From a virus (Duplodnaviria; Caudoviricetes), in IMG/VR virus record IMGVR_UViG_3300044611_001018: a stretch of DNA of 64,000 nucleotides; one strand, given 5' to 3'. Each line of letters begins with the position of its first letter. Within the stretch, counting starts at the first letter, position 1. The position numbers were made by a program, and so were the translations under genes. The notes beneath the pieces are model-generated. The model saw only the letters and a list, made by a program, of their open reading frames with translations, was not told the DNA's origin and ran no database searches. Positions 57,494 to 64,000 of this stretch are shown here, one piece after another.

Positions 57494-58221
57494 CGTAGCA
57501 TCCCTTTAATTTTTTCAAGACAATGATTAAATCCATCCACAAGCAGTTCAGTATTTACATTCTGACTTCCTGCTGCTGATTGTTCTTTAGGCAACCAACT
57601 CTCCACCAAATCTACAATATCATTACAAGCATCAAAATCATAACCAAGTTCATCTACCAATCTATTAAAAAGTTTTTGTGCTTCGTATTTTTTCACCAAC
57701 CTATTCACAACCTCATCCATAGGTTTTGGGTTGTCTTTCTCATCCCACTCTACTTCATCATATTCAGGAGGTTCATCAGGACAATAAGGTTCATCATCAT
57801 ACTTCCCCTTCTTCACATCATTAAACCATACACCTTCAAGAAGACGAAGAGTTTCACCATCAATAATAGCAACCATCAGCAAACCCTCATCAGAATACTT
57901 TTTTTTATACCAATAAAATTCATCAGGAAATTCAAGACGATAATAAACCTCATCATTATAAGAGACGACCTCAAACTTACCACCAAAACTAAATTCCATT
58001 TTGGGTTGAGATTTATGTGTCTCAATCTCTTTGAGGAGTTCCAGTTTCTTTTGAAGCACTTTGATTTCTGCTTCGGTCTTTTCAATATCAGATTTGAAAG
58101 TCATTTGTTTAAAATAAGGAGTAGCATCCATCACACCATCTTTGATTGCTTGTCTAAAAGCATTACGCAATCCATCGGCAACTTCTTCGTGTGTCTGTGG
58201 TTTTGGTTGAAAGTCAGTCAT
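57490..58221 (-). CDS. Hypothetical protein
   Basis: 243 aa; C-term WLPKEQSAAGSQN...GFNHCL. Confidence 0.75.
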   Translation of the reverse strand: MTDFQPKPQTHEEVADGLRNAFRQAIKDGVMDATPYFKQMTFKSDIEKTEAEIKVLQKKLELLKEIETHKSQPKMEFSFGGKFEVVSYNDEVYYRLEFPDEFYWYKKKYSDEGLLMVAIIDGETLRLLEGVWFNDVKKGKYDDEPYCPDEPPEYDEVEWDEKDNPKPMDEVVNRLVKKYEAQKLFNRLVDELGYDFDACNDIVDLVESWLPKEQSAAGSQNVNTELLVDGFNHCLEKIKGMLR

Positions 58222-58459
58222 TATTCGTCAGTCCTACTTCAAGTCCTTCCATTCTTCCCATATTATACCCTACAACGAACGCAGAGTGCAACCACTTGTG
58301 CATCAGGTCTTTGCGAGTATTCACATCTTCCACCTCACAATCACCAAAGAAGTACTCACTGCGAAGTGAAAAACCTCCATAAAGGTCGTGAAACCATTCC
58401 TGAAATGCGACTTCGGCAGTTTCTTCCCACTCCCAATCGTTTGCTGGATGTTTAGTCAT
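58214..58459 (-). CDS. Hypothetical protein
   Basis: 81 aa; FSLRSEYF. Confidence 0.7.
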   Translation of the reverse strand: MTKHPANDWEWEETAEVAFQEWFHDLYGGFSLRSEYFFGDCEVEDVNTRKDLMHKWLHSAFVVGYNMGRMEGLEVGLTNND

Positions 58460-58824
58460 TCCTTATCATCCTCCCAGTCAAGACTCACATTATCCCAATC
58501 ACTATAATCAGGTTCTATATCACCAAGAAGTTCTTGTGCATACCGTAGAGTTCCCCTCTCAAAGTATCCATTACGGAAGTCATCAGTTGCTCCACGATGC
58601 TTATACCAAGACAGAACACCGTGCCCAACATCACAACGACGCACAATCTTCATATAATTATCATCACACCATACATCATCACCTTCCATATCACGGAGAG
58701 CATTTAGAGTTGCACACATCCAGTTGCGTTCAAGAAAGTTTCCATTCTCATCAAATCCACATTTAGCGTCATCACCATACCAATCTTTTACTCTGGTGGA
58801 ACAACGAGGGCATTTGTAAGTCAT
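58456..58824 (-). CDS. Cys-containing hypothetical protein
   Basis: MTYKCPRC...NWMCATLNALR...LSWYKHRG. Confidence 0.7.
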   Translation of the reverse strand: MTYKCPRCSTRVKDWYGDDAKCGFDENGNFLERNWMCATLNALRDMEGDDVWCDDNYMKIVRRCDVGHGVLSWYKHRGATDDFRNGYFERGTLRYAQELLGDIEPDYSDWDNVSLDWEDDKE

Positions 58825-59006
58825 AGATCGTAAGGTTGTTGGGGGTCTCTTTTCCAAACTTCTTTGTAGATAATCCAAGGTTCTTCTTGGTGTGTCATTT
58901 GTGCAGACCAATGGTATCCATTCTCATCAACAGCATCAAGATAATGAATGCGTGTCTTTGGGTCAATCACTCGTGTGATAGTTTTGAATTTAACTCGTTC
59001 AGTCAT
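58821..59006 (-). CDS. Hypothetical protein
   Basis: RVIDPKTRIHYLDAVDENGYHW. Confidence 0.65.
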   Translation of the reverse strand: MTERVKFKTITRVIDPKTRIHYLDAVDENGYHWSAQMTHQEEPWIIYKEVWKRDPQQPYDL

Positions 59007-59226
59007 TTTCTTTCATACAAGGGTATTCAAACTTTTCACCAATACATTCTAACATAGTGCGGGCAAAGGTAATCTCACCATAAGCACAACCATCTTCAAA
59101 GGCATCATCATAACTACCAGCACTTGGAGTATAATCATCTCCAAATAGACCTTCATAGCAGTGTTTTACCTCTGCTACTTCTTTGAGAACCTTGAGGAGA
59201 AGTGTGAGTTTTTCTTCGGTAGTCAT
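58999..59226 (-). CDS. Hypothetical protein
   Basis: 75-aa ORF in an overlapping run. Confidence 0.65.
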   Translation of the reverse strand: MTTEEKLTLLLKVLKEVAEVKHCYEGLFGDDYTPSAGSYDDAFEDGCAYGEITFARTMLECIGEKFEYPCMKEND

Positions 59227-59549
59227 TTTACCCCCAGAAGTTTTTTTTCTTCATCAGTCAAACGAGCAAGAAGTTCTTGTCGTTTTTGTTCTTTGATTTT
59301 CTCTTGTCGTTTTTCTTCCAACTGTACATCAAGAATATCCATCATACCATCAATAGTGTATGATGCCTTATTCCAGTTGCTCTCACCCTTTTGAGTGATG
59401 AACATTTTTTCATCAAATCCTTCTGAACGGAACATTTCGTAAATGCGAATTACATAATCACCATCTTTGTCCTCACAAACCCCAGCAGTCAAATCAAGTT
59501 TTTCTGCTTTGGAAAGGAGTTTGAGAAGTTCAGTTACTTTGATAGTCAT
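59223..59549 (-). CDS. Hypothetical protein
   Basis: 108 aa; C-term QELLARLTDEEKKLLG. Confidence 0.7.
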   Translation of the reverse strand: MTIKVTELLKLLSKAEKLDLTAGVCEDKDGDYVIRIYEMFRSEGFDEKMFITQKGESNWNKASYTIDGMMDILDVQLEEKRQEKIKEQKRQELLARLTDEEKKLLGVK

Positions 59550-59869
59550 TTCAGTTCTCCATAAGAAAGTTGTTTAATTTCTTCTATATTCAAAGTTTTA
59601 ACATAACCACGAGGATAGTCATTATCATAAGCATTAAAGACAAAAACAGGAATGTTTCGTTCTTTACAGATTTGTTTGAACTTGTCTTCATTCAGTTCAA
59701 ACTTACCAACATACTCAACATTTGGATACTTGTCCCAAGAAGTTACAAGTCCTCCTGGATAATAACCCCACTCAAACTCATCAAGTTCTTGAATGATGTT
59801 TTCTACCTCTTGAATGTTCTCTGGATTAGTGTAGATGCGTCCGTATCCTTTGTAATTGAAGGCAGTCAT
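59546..59869 (-). CDS. Hypothetical protein
   Basis: MTAFNYKGYGRIY...VYVGKF-like motif. Confidence 0.7.
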   Translation of the reverse strand: MTAFNYKGYGRIYTNPENIQEVENIIQELDEFEWGYYPGGLVTSWDKYPNVEYVGKFELNEDKFKQICKERNIPVFVFNAYDNDYPRGYVKTLNIEEIKQLSYGELK

Positions 59870-59870
59870 T

Positions 59871-60089
59871 TCAGTTCTTAAAGAATTTGTAGATGGCATC
59901 AGCAATAGCAAGTGCTTCTTCTTTATTCATACAAATATGTTGAACTCGTTTATCTCCTTTTTCTTTATCAAACTCCCAATAAGAAACAGTAAACCCCTCA
60001 CATCCAACATCAAGATGAGTGTCTTCGGCAGTATACCAATAGTCAGAATGTTCTTGAATACGAACTTGATTGGTGATTTCAATAGTCAT
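59871..60089 (-). CDS. Hypothetical protein
   Basis: 72-aa ORF in the junction-repeat run. Confidence 0.7.
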   Translation of the reverse strand: MTIEITNQVRIQEHSDYWYTAEDTHLDVGCEGFTVSYWEFDKEKGDKRVQHICMNKEEALAIADAIYKFFKN

Positions 60090-60283
60090 TTCAGTTCCTC
60101 CAGTTCATTCGCAAGTTCAAGAATGTTCTTTTCAGTAATACCAATCCACTTGAGTTCTTCTACAACTTTACGAAGAGTAGCAACAGCAATAGTATGAGGA
60201 TGAGATTGTTCCATATCACCCCAGTCAAATCTCACTTCTTCAATAGCATCTGCGACTGCTTGTGCCTCTTTAGTCATTTTCAT
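60086..60283 (-). CDS. Hypothetical protein
   Basis: 65 aa; ends ELANELEELK. Confidence 0.65.
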   Translation of the reverse strand: MKMTKEAQAVADAIEEVRFDWGDMEQSHPHTIAVATLRKVVEELKWIGITEKNILELANELEELK

Positions 60284-60284
60284 T

Positions 60285-60497
60285 TCAGTTGTCCTCTATC
60301 AAACGAATGTTGTCTTCAATCTCACCTCTCATATCATAAAAATACGATTTTCCCCTATCAAGAATAAAAGTATCATAATCTTCTTGGGTTGGTTCATCTT
60401 CCATTTCCATATCCTTCCAAACTTCCAAGAAATCTTCAACAGACATATGGTATTCCAGAGGAATGTATGCGACTTTGGGAATGATGTGGTTAGTCAT
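60285..60497 (-). CDS. Hypothetical acidic protein
   Basis: 70-aa ORF in the junction-repeat run. Confidence 0.65.
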   Translation of the reverse strand: MTNHIIPKVAYIPLEYHMSVEDFLEVWKDMEMEDEPTQEDYDTFILDRGKSYFYDMRGEIEDNIRLIEDN

Positions 60498-60679
60498 TTC
60501 AGTCCAATCAGTTTAGAAAATTCAGGAGTAATGGTGAGGTTTTGTTCTCTTACAAGATTACGAACTTCTTTACGAAGATTTATCCACTTGTTGTAGTAAT
60601 CTTGTGATGCTTTTTGTGCTCTGTTTTTAGCATCAAAGTCGCACTGGTGTTCGTAGGTTCTACTTTCGTAGTATCTCAT
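60494..60679 (-). CDS. Hypothetical protein
   Basis: 61-aa ORF in the junction-repeat run. Confidence 0.6.
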   Translation of the reverse strand: MRYYESRTYEHQCDFDAKNRAQKASQDYYNKWINLRKEVRNLVREQNLTITPEFSKLIGLK

Positions 60680-60879
60680 TTCAGTTCTTGGAGGACAGAG
60701 ATAAAGGTTTCAAGGCAATCTTTGGGAATGTGAAAAGGTTCCCCCGTTTTAGTTTCTTCAATTCCGTGAGATGTGTATTGATTAATCTCTACAAGACCTT
60801 GACCATCATCAGTAAGTTGGTAGAACCAATCATCTTCAATGTTGTGAATACGAAGTTGTCGGGTGATTTGGTAAGTCAT
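60676..60879 (-). CDS. Hypothetical protein
   Basis: 67 aa; DWFYQLTDDGQG. Confidence 0.65.
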   Translation of the reverse strand: MTYQITRQLRIHNIEDDWFYQLTDDGQGLVEINQYTSHGIEETKTGEPFHIPKDCLETFISVLQELK

Positions 60880-61106
60880 TTGATAGTCACCGTTTGATTT
60901 TTGATTTGGCAAAGACGGGAAAGATTATCACCCGCAGTAGCAACTTGAAGGAAGTTGTAGTTAGTTCCACATTGCTCGTTGAGTGCTTTCTGAGTTGTGA
61001 GGACCTGCATGACCCCTGTGATGGGGGCAGCAAGAAGAACCAAAACAATACCACCAGTAATCACAGCAATCCAAGCATCCGTAAAATCAAAGTTGTTGCG
61101 TTTCAT
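60876..61106 (-). CDS. Membrane-anchored protein
   Basis: TM helix; ALNEQCGTNYNFLQVATAGDNLSRLCQ. Confidence 0.7.
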   Translation of the reverse strand: MKRNNFDFTDAWIAVITGGIVLVLLAAPITGVMQVLTTQKALNEQCGTNYNFLQVATAGDNLSRLCQIKNQTVTIK

Positions 61107-61115
61107 TTCAGTTCC

Positions 61116-61445
61116 TCAAAATTGATGTTTAATTTCTTCTTCTGTTGCTATCTCCACAATAGGATAACTCATATCTTCATAAGCACCAAAATCAAAATCA
61201 GTACTCAATCTTGAGGCAACATTATCGCACAGATAATCAGCAAAAATTCCTGGGTCAAGTTCTCCATCATCTGTAAGCATATCATCATCCTTATGCTTTT
61301 CGGGGTCAAACCTCACATAAAAAGTTACTTTATAACCTTTTAGATTTTCCAAAGCATCATTTACCTTCTGCTGTTCCTTATGCTTTTGGATTTGAAGTTC
61401 AAGTTCGTTGAGTTGTTCTTTGGTCAGTTGTGAAAGGTCAATCAT
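61116..61445 (-). CDS. Hypothetical protein
   Basis: 109 aa; follows TATAAT at 61469-74. Confidence 0.7.
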   Translation of the reverse strand: MIDLSQLTKEQLNELELQIQKHKEQQKVNDALENLKGYKVTFYVRFDPEKHKDDDMLTDDGELDPGIFADYLCDNVASRLSTDFDFGAYEDMSYPIVEIATEEEIKHQF

Positions 61446-61515
61446 CAGGTGTCTGTGTGTATGAGAGTATTATAAGGCATCCAGAGACACCCAGAGCATC
61501 CCATGTGCCAGTTCA

Positions 61516-61671
61516 TCAAGTGTCCTCACCCAAGTTCTTATAAATCGCATCCATCCATATCTTATCAATATATTTTCTATCTTCATCAGTAATCATATTT
61601 GCTCTCATATACTCTTCAAATGTAATGTTATTATCATCCAAGTATTTTTGAATTTCTTCAATACTATACAT
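61516..61671 (-). CDS. Hypothetical protein (51 aa)
   Basis: Manually translated MYSIEEIQKYLDDNNITFEEYMRAN...; stop lies inside the dyad spacer. Confidence 0.6.
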   Translation of the reverse strand: MYSIEEIQKYLDDNNITFEEYMRANMITDEDRKYIDKIWMDAIYKNLGEDT

Positions 61672-61945
61672 CCAAATAAACCTCAAAGGTGAGTTTATTC
61701 ATATGGTCTCCAAATTCCATATTCATACTTACTACCTGTGCTTTTCCTGTTTGGATTTGTCCTGCTACTTGTTGAAATGATGCTTTCAAGTCATCAAGGT
61801 CATAAGATTTGATTATTGGAGGTTTTGATTTCTTCAGTTCATCTGCGAATGTTTCTTCACCCTCATAATCTTCTATTCTTGGAAGTTTTGGTTTCTCTTT
61901 CTTTCCGTAGATTTCATTATATTTGTCTATAAGAGGATTAGTCAT
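61664..61945 (-). CDS. Hypothetical protein
   Basis: 93-aa ORF. Confidence 0.65.
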   Translation of the reverse strand: MTNPLIDKYNEIYGKKEKPKLPRIEDYEGEETFADELKKSKPPIIKSYDLDDLKASFQQVAGQIQTGKAQVVSMNMEFGDHMNKLTFEVYLDV

Positions 61946-62163
61946 TTTCGTTCCTCATAAGTCGTTTCACCCACACAGGTTTTTCCTTTCCACATTCTAC
62001 CACAAGAACCACAAGAAACCTCAAAAGTCGTTGTGTTTCTATCAGGATTGATATTCACTCCGTTCTTATCATAGATTGGAATGTATGCTACAAGAGTTGT
62101 CATTCCAAAACTTTGAGTAAATCTACAATCCTCTCTGGGACATTCTGGATTTGGGTTTCTCAT
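61942..62163 (-). CDS. Zinc-ribbon-like protein
   Basis: CPREDC...CGSCG. Confidence 0.7.
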   Translation of the reverse strand: MRNPNPECPREDCRFTQSFGMTTLVAYIPIYDKNGVNINPDRNTTTFEVSCGSCGRMWKGKTCVGETTYEERK

Positions 62164-62363
62164 CCTGCCACATCTCCACTCACTACAATAGGTTCTACAT
62201 CACCACAGACAACTTCTGCTTTCATTTGTTCCATAATAATAGACACCTTATCCATAACTCTTTCTCTGGTTTCTTGTGTCCAAATACTATTTCCAACGAC
62301 ACTCAAACTTTTATAAAGAGTGTTGTGAATTACCATAAGGTCTGCTGCTGATAGTTTAGTCAT
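62160..62363 (-). CDS. Hypothetical protein
   Basis: 67 aa; ATGA overlaps. Confidence 0.65.
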   Translation of the reverse strand: MTKLSAADLMVIHNTLYKSLSVVGNSIWTQETRERVMDKVSIIMEQMKAEVVCGDVEPIVVSGDVAG

Positions 62364-62530
62364 TTCTCATCCTTTCGTGGGTCTTTACCTTTATGCCAAA
62401 TCGTATGAAGTTCATCAACACGATTTTCCCAAATTATACTATCTACAATATAGTCATATGGGGTTTCATAAGTGTCTTCATACACTTCTCTAATGAAGAT
62501 AGATTTATTTACTGATTGGGGGTATTTCAT
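62360..62530 (-). CDS. Hypothetical protein (56 aa)
   Basis: Manually translated MKYPQSVNKSIFIREVYEDTYETPYDYIVD...; ATGA overlaps on both sides. Confidence 0.6.
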   Translation of the reverse strand: MKYPQSVNKSIFIREVYEDTYETPYDYIVDSIIWENRVDELHTIWHKGKDPRKDEK

Positions 62531-62769
62531 TCTTCATATTCTCCCAGTCTATAAAATGCTCTAAAACCTTTAGCAAGAGCACCTTCTGGTAAGTCCCGAT
62601 AATCTGGGTCAGAATGTTGAATCATTCCCAAAATTTGGGTTGCTGTTTCTACTGGGTCTGGGATTTCTCCACTCCATTTTACAAGAGACCCACCATCTCC
62701 ACCAATATGTTCTAAAAGATGAACCATTACTTTTTCCCAAGAATTATTAGGCAAATCACTGAACTTCAT
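62527..62769 (-). CDS. Hypothetical protein
   Basis: 80 aa; follows TATAAT at 62793-98. Confidence 0.65.
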   Translation of the reverse strand: MKFSDLPNNSWEKVMVHLLEHIGGDGGSLVKWSGEIPDPVETATQILGMIQHSDPDYRDLPEGALAKGFRAFYRLGEYEE

Positions 62770-62849
62770 AGGGTTTCTTTGTATATAAGAGTATTATACA
62801 CCAAAGGGCACCCAATTTCAAGTGCCCTTGTTCCAGTTTATAAAGTGTC

Positions 62850-63803
62850 CTATGATATTCTGCGTCTATTACTCTTGGATGTATCTATTCCTTTTCCTTT
62901 TTGATAAGAAACTACACCAGCAGCAGTTGATACATAACCAGTTATACAACATTCCCATCTTTGTGCGTTTATAATCTTTGAAGAAATAGAACCACCTTTT
63001 TTAGCATTTTCTACCAACTGCTCTGTTGTTAGTGCGAATATACCGACCTTATTTTCTTTATTTTTAGCAGAAACTTTCTTTCCATTTTCACTTCTCTGTT
63101 CGGCAGACAATCCAAAAAGTCCAGTTCCATTTTTCCTATTTACTTCTGCTGCCTTTTTACCATTTTCTCTTCTTTGTTCCGTTGTTAGTGCGAATATAGC
63201 AGTTTTATTTTTCATATGATTTTGTGCGGTTTTCTTACCATTTTCACTCATTTGTTCTTTTGTTAGAGTGAATATTCCCAGTCCAAGTTCTTTATTTTTT
63301 TGTCCTCCTATTTTTCCAGATTTTTTACTATATTCTCTCCTTTGTTCTGGTGTTATTGAGTATATACCTGTTTTATTCTTCCTGTTGGTCTTATCTGCCT
63401 TTTTCGCATTTATAACTCTTTGTTCTTTGGAAAATCCACATATACCAGTTCCAGTTTTTTTACGATTATTACCAGATTTTTTACCATTTTCAATTGCCTG
63501 TTCTTTTGTTGGAAAATAAGAAAATCCAGTACAAGTTTGTTTTGCCCTATTAGCAAAATGTGGATTTTTATCTACTTCAAAATAATCGTGTAAAATTACT
63601 TCATCTAATATTGCTTCTGTTCTTGTAGCATAATCATCTTTGAGTATTATTTTTTGAGTTGGTTTGAATGTTTTATCACCAAAAGAACCGAAATACTTTA
63701 CATCTTCTTTGGGTAAGCATCTACAAGTTCTTGAACCAAAATAACCTCTACCCCATTCTTCATAGGAATAATAGGTATAATGATACTCTTTTGGAGTTTC
63801 CAT
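62850..63803 (-). CDS. Free-standing GIY-YIG (Seg-like) homing endonuclease with C-terminal repeats
   Basis: YHYTY..YEEWGRGYFGSR...YFGSF...A..DE...H...F.N (GIY-YIG variant), then six GI(F/Y)xLTxEQxxENxKK repeats. Confidence 0.8.
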   Translation of the reverse strand: METPKEYHYTYYSYEEWGRGYFGSRTCRCLPKEDVKYFGSFGDKTFKPTQKIILKDDYATRTEAILDEVILHDYFEVDKNPHFANRAKQTCTGFSYFPTKEQAIENGKKSGNNRKKTGTGICGFSKEQRVINAKKADKTNRKNKTGIYSITPEQRREYSKKSGKIGGQKNKELGLGIFTLTKEQMSENGKKTAQNHMKNKTAIFALTTEQRRENGKKAAEVNRKNGTGLFGLSAEQRSENGKKVSAKNKENKVGIFALTTEQLVENAKKGGSISSKIINAQRWECCITGYVSTAAGVVSYQKGKGIDTSKSNRRRIS

Positions 63804-63812
63804 AGTTCTACT

Positions 63813-63902
63813 TTGTGTTTCGCATTACTATTTATACAAGAAAAGGTGCCCGAAGACACCTAATCTCTGCTATGGTTGCGAAACACAAGCACTACTATTT
63901 AT
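63813..63902 (-). promoter_or_regulatory. Late promoter TATAAATA inside a 12-bp inverted repeat that covers the endonuclease leader
   Basis: TATTTATA 63829-36; arms TTGTGTTTCGCA 63813-24 and TGCGAAACACAA 63877-88; second ATAAATA at 63896-902. Confidence 0.7.
63837..63861 (-). terminator. Intrinsic terminator with UUCG loop
   Basis: Minus strand AGGTGTC-TTCG-GGCACCT-TTTCTT. Confidence 0.7.
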
Positions 63903-63999
63903 CATCAATCCACTTGAACCCCAAGAGTTTATCCATACAAAAACGGATTACAAAATTCGGTTTATCAGGCATATAAAATCTCAAATAACCATTTCCAAT
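63895..63999 (-). CDS. Partial hypothetical protein (5' end beyond the window)
   Basis: ...IGNGYLRFYMPDKPNFVIRFCMDKLLGFKWIDDK*. Confidence 0.55.
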   Translation of the reverse strand: MGNGYLRFYMPDKPNFVIRFCMDKLLGFKWIDDK

Positions 64000-64000
64000 T

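Larger units (their letters stand above)
59546..61114 (-). repeat. Repeated 12-nt gene junction (GA)ACTGAAATGA at 7 boundaries
   Basis: Plus strand TCATTTCAGT(TC) at 59546, 59866, 60086, 60280, 60494, 60676, 61103. Confidence 0.85.
40662..62851. repeat. Dispersed 22-bp dyad element (consensus GTGCCAGTT-N4-AACTG[GT]C[AC][CA]), 11 copies
   Basis: Copies at 40662, 42323, 42917, 43451, 48508, 48674, 49865, 53333, 54464, 61505, 62830; each 29-31 nt upstream of a minus-strand -10 box. Confidence 0.85.

Noticed and set aside
40662-62851. Dyad as a CRP, NtcA, Pho or MotA box, or the 13-bp palindrome as cyanobacterial HIP1
   Set aside because: Half-site sequence and spacing do not match TGTGA-N6-TCACA, GTA-N8-TAC, Pho direct repeats, the MotA box or GCGATCGC

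Overview
64 kb segment of a T4-like cyanophage (Kyanoviridae-type myovirus); every supportable gene is on the minus strand. 1-35.0 kb is the AT-rich virion/packaging module, in transcription order gp25, gp6, giant gp7 (4287 aa), gp8, a VrlC-like 2551-aa virion protein, a small ORF, gp13, gp14, gp15, gp16, a 633-aa mosaic protein, gp17, a small Cys ORF and a truncated gp18, with T4-type (A)TAAATA late promoters. 35-37.4 kb holds small genes, an ATP-grasp-like ORF and a glycosyltransferase. 37.5-64 kb is a dense accessory/early region of about 75 mostly small ORFs. It includes a winged-helix-like protein, an HhH-glycosylase-like protein, a KTSC-like protein, a PRMT-like methyltransferase, an HNH nuclease, a FabF-type ketoacyl synthase, RlpA, a GT11 glycosyltransferase, a 2OG-Fe(II) oxygenase, an HExxH peptidase-like protein and a GIY-YIG homing endonuclease. 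The most unusual signals are non-coding: (i) a 22-bp 9-4-9 dyad repeated 11 times, always 29-31 nt upstream of a -10 box and usually on the upstream gene's stop codon; (ii) an iteron-like array of the palindrome ATCTCGACGAGAT with 44/24/44/24 spacing next to strong counter-oriented promoters; (iii) a near-identical GAACTGAAATGA junction at 7 of 8 consecutive gene boundaries; (iv) a hairpin plus late-promoter switch in front of the homing endonuclease. No tRNA, rRNA or CRISPR array was found. All assignments come from manual reading and motif recognition, without database searches.
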